A stretch of DNA of 64,000 bases from Squalus acanthias (Eukaryota), in contig CM059432.1 in the NCBI GenBank assembly GCA_030390025.1, positions 109,618,001 through 109,682,000 of the forward strand, read 5' to 3'. The notes beneath the pieces were generated by a model that saw nothing but the letters and a program-made list of their open reading frames with translations, had not been told where the DNA came from and did no database searches. Below are positions 1-12,236 of the stretch, piece by piece. The stretch's first letter is position 1, and every line of letters begins with the position of its first letter. The position numbers were made by a program, and so were the translations under genes.

Positions 1-978
1 GCATGATTCCTCCCCCTAACTTGGTGGCTGCCGACAAACTCTGATATAGCTTCCCATCTAGGGAGAACAGTATCAACTTCCTCATCTCCTCCTCGTTGCA
101 GTTATTAATGCCCCCTACCTGCTCTACATTGGCGAAATGAACGGAGGCGTCCCCTCCCTGCTTTAATTTAGCCACACTCGTCAGCATTCCCTGTAGCTGA
201 AGCGGTGTAAATGGGAGCACATAATCGCTCGGCAACAGCGCCGGGCCACCACCCACTGGTGGCGGACCCAACTTCTGCTGTGGTAGGGGACACATCGGTC
301 TCGGTGGTCCCGCTGCTTCGGGAGCCGGCCGATGCTCGCTATACGGGGGCCATCATCTGATTCTTTACCCTCCATATCCCAGTCTTCCCCAACTTCTCCA
401 GGCGCCAGGCGACAAACCATCCCTCTGGCCCCGGATAGTTTTAAGGTCAACTTACGGATCTTTTCATTACAAGGCCCGTGATCTGCCCCCTCATAACCCT
501 GAGTTCAGGCTACTCTATACGCTACCTTGATATCTTTCAGTCGTTCCTCCGCCTCTTCGGCTCTTTCTAGATTCCTTTCACTTTGTTCGCAGTGAGTCTG
601 ACACGGCCTCTTACCCTCTGTCACCTGACACTGTAAGTATTCGAGATTGTTCTGCGCCCTCTCCTCCCTAACCTTTCTCTCCTGCTTTTCCTCACTTAAA
701 TCTTTCGTCAGTCGCTCTATGACGGCGTCCTTATCGCTTGCCTTGGTTTCTAGTTCCCTTTTCTCATCTTCCAGCTGTTTCACCTTTTCCCTGAGAATCG
801 AGGTTTGCTTCTGTAGACACAGTAGCCAAATTGCCTTCTCTCTCGTTCTTTTATGATTAACACAAACCGTCCACTCTGCCGCTTTTTCCTGCGGATCCTC
901 AGAGTGTAACATTTCTCCTGCCCATGGCCCAGAAATGTCTAACTTGCTACAGATATACGAGGCTACCTTAGCCTCCAT
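1..978 (-). pseudogene. gag: gag N-terminal part of a lokiretrovirus-like provirus running off the left edge
   Basis: ORF 505..978 (SYICSKL..W..EML....AAEW....EKAIWLLCLQKQ, then coiled coil, IKVAYRVA) and its continuation HGPCNEKI..LSGARGMVC align with the gag at 9644/14004+; in-frame stop at 505. Confidence 0.85.
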
Positions 979-1061
979 AGACTTCCTACAGCTACTTCTA
1001 ACTGCCCACTCTGCTGCTTTGCCCCTGGCTCAGAAATGTTTACTTTGGCTACCTTAGCCAA

Positions 1062-1141
1062 CCTGAGACTACCTTAGCCTCCCTGAGACTACCTTAGCCT
1101 CCCTGAGACTACCTTAGCCTCCCTGAGACTACCTTAGCCTC
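1062..1141. repeat. 20-bp tandem repeat x4 (CCTGAGACTACCTTAGCCTC) in the proviral leader
   Basis: read directly; partial fifth copy at ~1049-1060. Confidence 0.95.
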
Positions 1142-1193
1142 CCTAGGGTTTGTTGCCCTTACTTTGTGCCTTATTTTGTTCCACACCTCAAGA

Positions 1194-1211
1194 GTCCTGT
1201 CGAGGTCACCA
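1194..1211 (-). promoter_or_regulatory. primer binding site (TGGTGACCTCGACAGGAC; tRNA identity uncertain, Trp- or Arg-like)
   Basis: TGG-initiated 18-mer 3 nt after the LTR end ...TTACA on the minus strand, upstream of gag. Confidence 0.75.
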
Positions 1212-1214
1212 AGA

Positions 1215-2108
1215 TGTAAGGTGTTTGGTTTCCTCATCCTTACAAGGGTTCCTTGATTCTGGGTTTTGCAGGAACAAAATGGTGGATGACACAAAGGTTT
1301 AGGTTCAACCCAAAACTGTTAGTTTATTAAAACCAACAAAACACAGACAAAGACCTGTTGAGATTTGTCTGAAACTTGCAATCACCCATACAGCCAGTCA
1401 TTACCATTGTGGATTGTTGGCCTGGATCGGAGATGACCTGTCCCCGTCCTCCTTTATCTGACTGCAGCTGCCTACACAGTGCAAACCCCTTGTAGAGTCA
1501 ACTGATACTTACAATCACCAGTCCGACTGATCGTGGCCGACGTCGATTGCAGTCAGGGAGCTGGAGATGACTGTCTTCCCTTCCTTCTTACACCTGGCAG
1601 TTTGCTGTAGTCAGAGCTAGCTTCCGAGAGAGAGAGCTTCCCAGCGAGAGCTTCTGAGCGAAAGAGAGAGAGAGCTGTGGTGTGGTTCCTTCTTATAGTT
1701 CTTTTAGTCACCTGGCCCCATGCTGGGCCTCCCCCAACCAGTTTCAGTTGTCGGTTTGCTGAACTGTCCGACATTCACACCTCGTCAACCTGTAAGTCAA
1801 TCACCAGAGGTGTACAGAGTTGTGAGATTGACGATAACTCCTTATTTCCTCTCCCACTTTCTGTAGCGCATATTGAATGTGATTTCTATTACTGTTGATA
1901 GGCGGTTGGCTGATTGTCTGCTCAGGACTTGTGTATCTTCCATTCATGTCAGGAAGTCGATCGTGACCCCCATTGTTTCAGTTAAACTCAGAGCATTGTC
2001 CAAATGTTAATTTTTCCCATCGAAACCAATCATGATTCAAGGCCTCACAGTTCAATGTCAATGTCCTTTTTGTAAGACGTGCGGAATGACCCCTCGCCCC
2101 GTCCAACA
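1215..2108 (-). mobile_element. 5' LTR of the left-edge provirus
   Basis: TG...CA ends, minus-strand TATAAG at ~1695, AATAAA at 1323-1328, adjacent PBS; right boundary inferred. Confidence 0.6.
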
Positions 2109-2670
2109 TGTTATAGAGTTCGGACTTGAAGCTTATGAGAAATTATACCAGACACACGGGTTCTGTCTTTAACCTTTTATTGTTCCTAAGACAGATTCAA
2201 AACCCCAACCACTATTTGAGCAGTTCACCGATAATATTACAGGAAATCATTCATACAACCACCCGCCAATGAGCAGTCAAGCGTTGATTGTAGGTCCTCG
2301 TAAGCGAAAAGACTGGCCAGGCCCCTCCTTCCTCTGACTGCAGCTTAATCCTCGTAGGTGAGATGACTGGCCAAGCCACCTTCTTCTGACTGCAGCTCTG
2401 ATTTTCTTTAGCCACTGTGTTTTATACAGCTTTCCTTGTCTTTTGCATTAAATCATTCATTCAGAGATAGTGAAATGTTCCTTTAATGTTGGTCTGAGCT
2501 GTTTGAGCTGTCAAACGTTTACACTCACACATCCTGTGTGGCTATTATTCAGTTTGTCCTTATCACAGCCCAAAATTGTTCATTCACTCCTAAAGTTTAC
2601 TTACAAAGGTGGCAGAAAACCACTTGGTTCGCTTCATGAGTTACGTCATATTCTGCATTTCAAAACTTCA
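2109..2670 (-). mobile_element. possible solo LTR of a related family
   Basis: begins TGTTA, minus-strand AATAAA at ~2177, two copies of a GACTGGCCA...TCTGACTGCAGCT motif resembling 1432-1468; boundaries uncertain. Confidence 0.35.
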
Positions 2671-2671
2671 A

Positions 2672-3513
2672 AGGTTTGACTTCTCACCTCAGAAAGGCGG
2701 GTTTGGAGGCGTGTGGGGTGGAAAAATAGCAGATTCAGGGCTCCCGAACCCATCCCACCCCCAACCCGCCTCCATGCCAGTTTCACAGGAAGCGGGTACC
2801 CGACCTGTGTTGGGACCCGCCTCCCCGAGGCGGGAAGGGGATTAGTGCCAATAAACTGCCTGTTAACAGGTAGTTAACAGGCAGTTTTTTGCCTAATCCC
2901 TATTTTTAGCCCTGAAGTGTGGGGTTCCCGACAGGTCCGAACCATGCCGATTTAGCGAGGCGGACCGTCGATCTGGAGGGCTTGGAGGGGTCGAGATGTC
3001 CGGTGTGCAGGTGAGTGATGGGTGCATGAGTGCAGAGGTAAGTGTGTTTGGTGTGTGTAAAGTGTTTTAAGAACTTGTACTTACCTTAACTTTGTCCTGC
3101 AGGCTTCCTTCCTTCAGTTTTCGAAAGTCCCTCAGCTCACCGGCACAGAAAGCAGAATGGCCGTGGAGCTGTCAAAAGCTGCAGTCTCTGCTTTCTGTGC
3201 TGGATTGATTTCTAACTGAGTCTAAGTACAGGGACTCAAGTTAGAAATCATATTGTCAGTGTTTGACAGCTTCAGAGAGCTGTCAAATGCTGAAATTTCA
3301 TCTGTCAAAAGCTCTTAACAGATGAAATTTCAATGGCTGACATCACCTGTATCCAAGGGACCCTTGATTGGCCTGCTAAGCCCGCTGGGTGGGCTTAACA
3401 AGGTCAATCAAGGGAAAATACAGTGGGTTGGCAAAAAGTCGATGGAGGCGGGACTACAACCCAAAAAGTGGGAGTCCCGCCTCCATCACGTCCCCATTGA
3501 CAAAATCCAGCCC
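2672..3513. mobile_element. non-autonomous Harbinger-derived element (MITE-like)
   Basis: right end AAAATCCAGCCC matches the family A TIR; left end is degenerate, with the subterminal GGCGGGTTTGGAGGCGTGTG motif; no coding capacity. Confidence 0.6.
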
Positions 3514-5425
3514 ACCATGTCTACAATACTCAGGGGGTTTGTTTATCTCTGTTGTCTATCACTACCCCCTGCAGTCACAACCATGTTTCCTGCCTTATCA
3601 GTGAAAGACCGCTTGTTACATTTACCAACTTTATTTCACTTTGTAAAACCTTTTTGCCTGGCAAAGCATTTCAAGAAATATTAAAAATTAAGGGTCTGTA
3701 TATACTTCTATAGGCATATAAATAATAAAAGGGTAGTAAGACGAGGGGTGGGGCCGATTAGGGACCAAAAAGGAGACCTGCGCATGGAGGCACAGGGTAT
3801 GACTGAGGTACTAAATGAGTACATTGCATCTGCCTTCACCAAGGAAGAGGATACTGCCATAGACATAGTAAGGGAGGAGGTAGTGGAGATACTTAATAGG
3901 ATAAAAATTGATAAAGAGGAGGTATTAGAAAGACTGGCTGTACTTAAAGTAGATAAGTCACCAGGAGCGGATGGAATGCATCCTAGGATGCTGAGGGAAT
4001 TGAGGGAGGAAATCGTGGAGGTACTGGCCATAATATTCCAATCCTCTTTAGATATGGGGGTGGTGCCAGAGGACAGGAGAATTGCAAATGTTACACCATT
4101 GTTCAAAAAAGGGTGTAAAGATAAACCTAGCAACTACAGGCCAGTCAGTTTGACCTCGGTAGTGGGGAAGGTTTTAGAAACAGTAATCAGGGATAAAATT
4201 AACAGTCACTTGGACAAGTGTGGATTAATTGAGGACAGCCAGCATGGATTTGTTAAAGACAAATCATGTTTAACTAACTTGATTGTGTTCTTTGATGAGG
4301 TTAACAGAGAGGGTGGATGAGGGTAATGTAGTTGATGTAGTGTACATGGATTTCCAAAAGGCGTTTTAGAAAGTGCCAGCAAAGTTGAAGTCCATGGAAT
4401 AGAAGGGACAGTGGCAGCATGGATACGGAATTGGCTAAGTGATAGAGAGTAGTGGTGAACAGTTGTTTTTTGGACTGGAGAAAGGTATACAGTGGTGTTC
4501 CCCAGGGGTCGGTACTAGGACCACTGCTTTTCTTGATATATATTAATGACTTAGACGTGGATGTACAGGGCACAATTTCAAAATTTGCAGATGACACAAA
4601 ACTTGTAAGTATAGTGAACAGTGAGGAGGAGAGTGATAGACTTCAGGAAGACATAGACAAGCTGGTGAAATGGGTGGACACGTGGCAGCTGAAATTTAAT
4701 GCAGAAAACTGTGAAGTGATACATTTTGGTAAAAAGAATGAGGAGAGGGCATATAAACTAAATGGTACAATCCTGAAGGGGGTGCATGAACAGAGAGACC
4801 TGGTATGTGTGCACAAATCGTTGAAGATGGCAGGGCAGGTTCAGAAAGCAGTTAAAAAGGCTTACGGGATCCTGGGCTTCATGAAAAGAGGTATAGGGCT
4901 CGATTTTGCCAGGCCCAAGGAGGCGAGATTGGAGGCGTGTGAGGTGGTAAAATCGCAAAAAATGGCGGGCGGGCCCGATCCCTCCTCCATCCCACCTCCG
5001 AGCAATTTTCCCAAATGCGTATTTTCTGACCCCGTTTCCATCCCGCCTCCAAGAGGCGGGATAGGCCCTTAAGGCCCTTAACAACCAGTTAAGTGCCTCT
5101 ATAATCACATTTTGAGAGGCCTTTCTGATTTTACCACTTTTCCCACGTCCTGCACGTCTCCTCTGGAACACGCCAGTGAAACCTGGCGGCCTCATAAGTG
5201 GACTGCTTACTAACAGCTGCAGCTCCACCATTAAAAAGGAGTTTTCAGCAATCATCATTTGCAGGTGTCAGAACTTTGTTGTCTCAGGTCTGGGGGAACT
5301 TTTAGCAGGCATACCCATTGTTGTGGAAGTTTGGAGCCTGACACCCATCTCCAGTGTGACCTCCTGGGAAATCCCTCTCGCCACCTTAACTGAGCGCTTC
5401 CTCAACTGAGGCATATACCAGAAGC

Positions 5426-5654
5426 ATGGGAACCATTTATTTCCTTTCCTCCTGGACATCAGATTTAGACGAAGACCAGCCATGGCAGCAGCAGAACCAT
5501 GAACAACAGCACCACCACCAACAGCAGCAGCAACAACAGGAGTACCAAGCTGCTGCTCACCCACCTGAAGCTGCACAGGCCAGAAGGCGCCAGCGCGCGA
5601 CCACATTGCTGGCCGGGATGCAAGGGACGCACTCATCTTGGCCAGATTTGCTTA
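5426..5654 (+). pseudogene. Harbinger transposase remnant, N-terminus joined to C-terminus with the DDE core deleted
   Basis: MGTIYF...polyQ...EAAQARR jumps at ~5598 to the last codons of the transposase at 12237-13475. Confidence 0.85.
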
Positions 5655-5912
5655 GCCTGCACAATCAAACACTTTTGCCTCACACCTTCTTATCAGACCA
5701 TCGACAATGGCCAAGAACCTGCGGATTCCTATCACTCTGACCACCATACTGACAATTGCAAGTCGCCCTAAGCCCTCAATGTGGAAGTCCCATTAGCGAA
5801 ATGATACACGCCATAACTGCAACAGTTTGCCATCAGAATTTTTTATGACAATAAGCAACTGATGGCTTTTCAAAATTAAACACAACATACACCAAAGTGA
5901 CTACCCTTGTGA

Positions 5913-7572
5913 CTATTTGTGCATTATCTTCCTCTTACGCGTGCTCCTATGTAGTGCTTCCCCTGTGGCTTCAGCAGATGGGTCAGCCCCACTTCAGAGC
6001 TAGCAAGTGGCTGGACAGCACCTTGCTGCACTGCAGGGGCGCCATGAGGACCCGTTTCTGCACTGGAAGTCCTACTCCAGAGGACTTGCATGAAGGTCTG
6101 GTTTGTTTGCTCAATAGCTGGCCATCGCTCCTCAAGAGATGTCAGTCTATTCTGAACAATTGCCATGTTTTCCATACCCTGGCGACTAAGCTCCTCCATG
6201 GACGCAGCCTTCTTCTCCTCTACCGTAGCCATCCTCTCCTCTATGGTAGCCAGCCTTACCACGGAGGTAGCCATCCCTTCCAAGGAGGTTGCCATCCTTT
6301 CCATGGTGATGTGTTCATGCGCCAACGCCTCCAAAAAGCTCTGCTCATGTTAGCGATGGACTCCTCCATTCGCTCCACACTCACAGCGACCCTGGAGACA
6401 AAACCTGCCAGAGACTCCTGCACCTGTTCCTGGAGTTCCAGCACCACTCTCCTTCTGGATGGACCCAGAGGCACAGGGTCGACATGCAGCGGAGCCGAGC
6501 TGGGAGCGTCCTCTCCACTGCGACAAGGACTCTCCACTGCTGTCCCTGTCTCCACCATCTGCTGATGCTCACTTGTGAGCTGTGATACACCAGGTGACTA
6601 CTCTACTCTATGTCCCGAAGGTCCCACCGAGGTGTGAGTGTCTGCGCTGGTGCAGGGTGCGCTGAATTCTGCTGACGGACTGCCCTCAGAGTTTGCAGCT
6701 TCCTCTGAGGAGTCTGGAAGCTCAGGCTCTTCCTCCTGGACAGTGGGGACGGGGGCTCTCGATGGTCCTGTGGGGGAGTAAAGGAAAGAGTTGGAGATGT
6801 GAGGTAAAGGTTGCATGCACATTGAATTGTGCAGATGATCATAAGTCAATCTGACAGAGCATCAGAATCATTATCAGTCACTCATGCCACTTGGGAATCC
6901 TCCTCGATCCCGGCAATTTCCAGGGCCGCCTCCTCCGAGGTGGTGAGCTGGGCTACTGAGCGTGGCCCTCCTCCTGTCCTCGCTCTTTCCCTCTTATTGT
7001 GGGCTCTCTTTTCCTGCAATGAGGGACACAAGTGGAGTTTGAGTGAGAATGAAGGAGTGAGTATAGAGAATCCACAGCATAGATGCTTATAAGGAGACAA
7101 AGGGCCCTCTCTGTGTGTTGTAAGTTGTTGTCATTGCGTCACAGTGATAGGGCATGTGAGGGCTGCATGGTCGAATAGTTAAGTGAATGTGACCATAGAG
7201 AGAGAGGGAATGGGTAAGGGTGCAGGGATGTCAGTGTCAAGTGGGATGTGGAGGAAGAGGTTGGCAAAGCTGAGTGCTGGTGAGGAGAGGTGATGGGGAT
7301 CAGATTGAGGGTGATGAGAAAGTCATACTCACTTTTCCTGTGCGGAGAAGATCATGAAACCTCTTCCTGCACTGCAGCCAGGTTCTGCGGCACATAGAGA
7401 TGGCATTGACCTCCTGGGCCACTTGCAGCCACACAGCTTTAGTCTGTTGTGGTGGCTTTTTTCTCCCTGAGGAAGGGAAGAGCACCTCCTTATTAGATCT
7501 TGCTCCCTGCACCAGAGCTTGGAGGGAGGGCTCATCAAAGCGAGGTGCACACTTTTGCTTGCTGGTGGACAT
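5913..7572 (-). pseudogene. Harbinger Myb/SANT-like DNA-binding protein gene, disrupted
   Basis: exon 1 7572-7333 (APRFDE..LQALV..W..VA..RTWLQCRKRFHDL), exon 2 from 7013 with its donor deleted, exon 3 with a stop and frameshift. Confidence 0.88.
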
Positions 7573-8581
7573 GGTCGATAAATGAAGTCCTTCATACAAT
7601 GTCCAAAGCGTTTCCAGTCTCCAGAAGAAGCAAGACTGCTTGCAGGCCTTAAATCCAGCAGCAATGATGATGTCATTGGAGGTGACTTTCAGGATGGAAA
7701 GACTAACTGGGCCAGGGGTTCCCACACGCTGGAAATCAAGTGCCCAATTAGGGGAAAATCGCACTTTTTTCCCACTTCATATTTGATTCGGGGTCCTGAC
7801 ACGAAAACCACCTGACACGCCCCAGCCCGACCCCAATGGCAAAATCGAGCCCATAGAGTACAAAAGTGTGGAAATTATGATGAATCTTTATAAAACACTG
7901 GTTTGGCCCCAACTGGAGTACTGAGTCCAATTCTGGCCACCACACTTTAGAGGAAGGATGTGAAGGCCTTAGAGAGGGTGCAGAAAAGATTTACGAGAAT
8001 GATTCCAGGAATGAGGGACTTCAGTTATGTTGATAGACTGGAGCAGCTGGGGTTGTTCTCTTTGGAGCAGAGAAGATTGAGAGGAGATTTGATCGAGGTG
8101 TTCAAAATCATGAGGGGTCTGGACAGAGTAGATAAACGGAAATTGTTCCCATTGGCAGAAGGATCGAGAACCAAAGAACACAGATTTAAGGTGATTGGCA
8201 AAAGAACCAAAGGCGACGCAAGAAAAAACTTTTTTATGCAGCGAGTGGTTGAGATCTGGAATGCACTGCCTGAAAGGGTGGTGGAGGCAGATTCAATCAC
8301 GGCTTTCAAAAGGGAGTTGGATAAGTACCTGAAGGAAAGAAATTTGCAGGGCTACGGGGAAAAGCGGGGGAGTGGGACTAGCTAAAGTGCTCTTGCAGAG
8401 AGCCGGCACGGGCTCGACGGGCCGAATGGCCTTTTTTCATGCTGTAACCATTCTATGGGGGAGAAATTCGGTATCGCCCCGTTTGGGGCGCAGTTATCAG
8501 CCGGGCGCAAAGTTTATCGCCTCCGACTGCAAACTTGGCTTCTATCGCCCCTGGAGGTGATTGCAGCGCTAAATCAGGCAC

Positions 8582-9599
8582 TGTAAGCATCGAATGCAGG
8601 CCCCAAGTTTATTTCAGACTTTTTGAATGATTGTCACCAACAACCTGTTTGGAGAAGATGGGAGGGGCCCAGCTGTTCGTGATGGACAGGAGATTCCAGC
8701 CAGGCCTACAAACTAATTATGGGATAATTTCTGGGCAGACAGAATTCTCTGGGAAGACAATGAGTCTGGGTAGATGACTCACAGTAACGAGCACCTAGAC
8801 GAGACAGCCCCGAAAGGTGGGAAACGGACAAAAAAAAGGGCCATTGTAAATTAATGGAAAGCCACTTAACCCAGGATCAGGTGAGAAGTGCGGCCCATCA
8901 TCTGCCATTATCACCAGACAAAGAAGACAAAGAAGGGTGATTAAAAAGACATCACTGCAACTACACAGGGCAGAGTGAACTTTTAGGATATAGAGAAGGC
9001 AGCTTGGCCATTTCTCTCTCTCTCGCTTGCTCTAAACCACCACGAGCGACAAGAGCCTTGCCTTGCTCTCCAACTGTAGGAACAAACCTCGAAACTGGGA
9101 CTTGGATACTGCATTGGCGATACGGAACCAGGAGACACGTTCTACACAGGGGAGTAGCGAGCAAGAAAACGGACAATCAGGGTGAGTATTGTCCAAACCC
9201 ATGCATCCTTAAGACCACCGGTACTGTGTGAGGGGGTGTTGTGTGTCCCAACCAAGCCAGAGCGGTTTAGTGGGGAGGTTCTGTGTGTATTATATAGTAT
9301 ATGTTCCGGGGTCTGTGGGACAAGTCCATGTTATACTCTGCATTGCAACACAGTGTGATTTTAGGCATCTTAATACGAGACAGGGGCCTGTTCGACAGGT
9401 CAAGTTGTATTGTTGTACTGTTTGTTTTACGCCACCAGGCATTTTACATACTGGAGGTGTGTGTATGTGTTAACCTTATTAAACACCATACGGTTGAGTC
9501 TGAAAAGCTTGTCTGTGTCCCAATCCTGTTCACCATAATTCCTGTCGTATAGAACTAAGTAGGAGGGGTGATTCGAACCACCAAAGCAAACCACCTACA
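8582..9599 (+). repeat. 5' LTR (1018 bp)
   Basis: direct repeat of 22084-23334; TATA-like GATATAG at ~8986, ATTAAA at ~9478. Confidence 0.97.
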
Positions 9600-9603
9600 G
9601 AAT

Positions 9604-9621
9604 TGGCGACCACAGCAGGAC
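9604..9621 (+). promoter_or_regulatory. primer binding site TGGCGACCACAGCAGGAC, tRNA-Arg-like
   Basis: 4 nt after the LTR end; resembles the complement of a vertebrate tRNA-Arg(TCG) 3' end (TGGCGACCGCGGCAGGAC, recalled from memory). Confidence 0.8.
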
Positions 9622-9994
9622 GATAGGTTGTGTGATCAGAATCATGGAAAGTTTAGAGAGCAAGAGATCTGCGATGGGGGACAGAATTTCCTCCTATGTG
9701 TTTAGTAAAGTTAATGGGCTGGATTTTGATACTAGGGCGGGCTGGGGTCGTATAATCCACATTTCATGTTAGCCACCCAATTCTAAATCGATGTGGGAGA
9801 ATGATGCCATTTTAACCTAATTTGCCAATTGAGTTCCAACGTGTGGGAACCCATGGCCAGTGAGTTTTTCCAGTCTGAAAGTCGCCTCCGATGACGTCAT
9901 CATTGCTGCTGCATTTAAGGTCTGCAACAAGCCTTGCTTCTTCTGCAGGCTGCCAAGCTTTTGCCCTTGCATGTTAGAGGCACCTGCAGGAAGA

Positions 9995-11979
9995 ATGGCC
10001 AGCCAGAGACCTAGGTCTGCACCCCGCTTTGATGACGTTGCCCTGCAGGCTTTAGTAGAGGGAGCAAGAGCAAACAAAGAGGTGCTCTTCCCTTCTTCAG
10101 GGAGGGAGAAGCCTCCCCAGAAAACCAAGGCTGTGTGGGTCCAGGTGGCAGAGGAGATCAACTCTTTGTCAATAACCCACAGAACCTGGCTTCAGTGCAG
10201 GAAGAGGTTTCATGACCTTCTGCACACTGGAAAAGTGAGTATGAATTTCCCATCACCCTCAATCTGATCCCCATTGCCTCTCCTCACCAGCACTCAGCTT
10301 TAGCAACCTCTTCCTCCACATCCCACTTGACACTGACATCCATGCACCCTTACCCATTCCCTCTCTCTCTATGGTCACATTCACCTAACTATTCGACTAT
10401 GCAGCCCTCACACACCCTATCACTGTGATGCAATTACAACTTACAACACTCAGGGAGGGCCCTCGGTCTTGCCACCTCACTCCATCTTTGTCTCCTTCTA
10501 AGCATCTATGCTATGGATTCTCTACACTCACTCTTTCATTCTCACTCAAATTCCACTTGTCTCCCTCATTACAGGAAAAGAGAGCTCACAATAAGAGGGA
10601 AAGAGCGAGGATAGGAGGAGGGCCACCTTCAGTAGCCCAGCTCACCACCTGGGAGGGGGTGGTCCTAGAGATGGTGGGAGTGGAGGAAGATTCCCAAGTG
10701 GGGGACGGACAGACGGGCGCATCACAGCAAGCTGGTGACAGAATAGTTTTCCATCTCTCTCAATGACATTGCATGAGTCGCTGATAATGATTCTGTAGCT
10801 CTAACAGATGGACTTATGATCATCTGCAATATGCAATGTGCATGTAACCTTGGCCTCACATCTCTGACTCTTTCCTTTACTCCCCCCCCAGGACCATCGC
10901 AAGCACCCGTCCCCACTATCCAGGAGGAAGAGCATGAGCCTCAAGACTCCTCAGAGGAAGCTGCAACCTCTGAGGGCGCAGCTTCAGCAGAATTCAGTGC
11001 ACCCAGCACCAACGCAGACACTCACACCTTGGAGGGAACATCGCGAGATAGAGTAGTGTTGTCACCTGGTGTATCACAGCTCACAAGTAAGCATCAGCAG
11101 ATAGTGGAGAAAGGGACAGCAGTGGAGAGTCCTAGTTGGAGGGCGCAGGACTCTCCCAGCTCGGCTCAGCTGCATGTCGACCCTCTGCCTCTGGGTCCAT
11201 CCATAAGATCAGTGGTGCTGGAACTCCAGGAACAGATGCAGGAGTCTCTGGCAGGTTTTGTCTCCAGGGTCGCTGCGAGTGTGGAGCGAATGGAGGAGTC
11301 CATTGCGAACATGAGCAGAGCCTTTGTGGAGTCATTGGCGCATGAACGCATCACCATGGAAAGGATGGCAACCTCCGTGCAAATGATGGCAACCTCCGTC
11401 GAAAGGATGGCTATAGTAGACGAGAGGATGGCTGCGTCCATGGAGGAGATAAGTCGCCAGAGTGCAGAAAACATGGTGCGTGTTCAGAATAGAATGACAT
11501 CTCTGGAGGAGCTATGGTCATCTATTGAACACAGAAACCAGACCTTCATGGAAGTCCTTCTGAGTAGGACTTCCAGTGCAGATACGGGTCCCCATGGCCC
11601 CCCTGATGTGCAGCAAGGTGCTCTCAATCCACTTGCAAGCGCTGAGGTGGACCTGACCCATGAGAGGGATGTTGTTTGCAGAGAACAAGGAAGTGGGGGC
11701 TCCTCTCCAAGCGCTCACACTTCCATGCCACTGACAAGTCCTCGGTCAAAGCCACACCAGAGTCCGCACCCAACTGAGATCGGCGTCTCAACCCCGGCCC
11801 AGCCGCAGGAGCAGCAGACTGTTGCCGAGTCCTCACAGGTTCGCAACCCCAGAGGACGCCCGCCAAAGGTGTCGAGACAGGAGCAGCAAGAAAGTGAGCA
11901 AGGGGCCTCCACATCTGCTGAAGCCACAGGGGAAGCACCACGTAGGAGCACACGTAAGAGAAAGATAGTGCACAAATAG
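9995..11979 (+). CDS. Harbinger Myb/SANT-like protein, 3 exons (9995-10234, 10575-10734, 10892-11979), ~495 aa, apparently intact
   Basis: GT-AG junctions give a continuous 1488-nt frame; trihelix motif APRF..LQALV..W..VA..RTWLQCRKRFHDL; C-terminal basic NLS-like RRSTRKRK. Confidence 0.82.
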
Positions 11980-12236
11980 TCACAAGGGTAGTCACTTGGG
12001 TGAATTTTGATGTTTTATGTTAAAAAGCCATCAGATGATTACTGTAAATAAAAAATCTGATGGCTACTGCTGTAGTTGTGGCGTGTGTCATTTCGCGAAT
12101 GGGACTTCCACATTGAGGGCTTAGGATTACTTGCAATTGTCAGTATGGTGTTCAAATTGCTAGGAATCCACTGGTTCTTGGCCATTGTCGATGCTCAGGT
12201 AAGAAGCTGCGAGGCAAAAGTGCTTGATTGGCTAGG

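Larger units (their letters stand above)
4896..7852. mobile_element. PIF/Harbinger transposon family A, copy with transposase deleted
   Basis: perfect 16-bp TIR GGGCTCGATTTTGCCA; 3-bp TSD ATA (4893-4895 and 7853-7855); collinear and inverted relative to 9716-14000. Confidence 0.95.
3700..8456 (+). mobile_element. 5'-truncated CR1/HER1 LINE (ORF2 RT and 3' UTR), split by the Harbinger at 4896-7852
   Basis: KSPGADGMHP, NYRPVSLTS, GVPQGSVLGP, KFADDTK and [10 protein letters not shown] motifs; sequence resumes after the insertion; the ATTCTAT tail continues at 27263. Confidence 0.95.

Noticed and set aside
1062..1141. CRISPR-like array (also 42402-42563)
   Set aside because: Head-to-tail repeats without unique spacers, in a eukaryotic context
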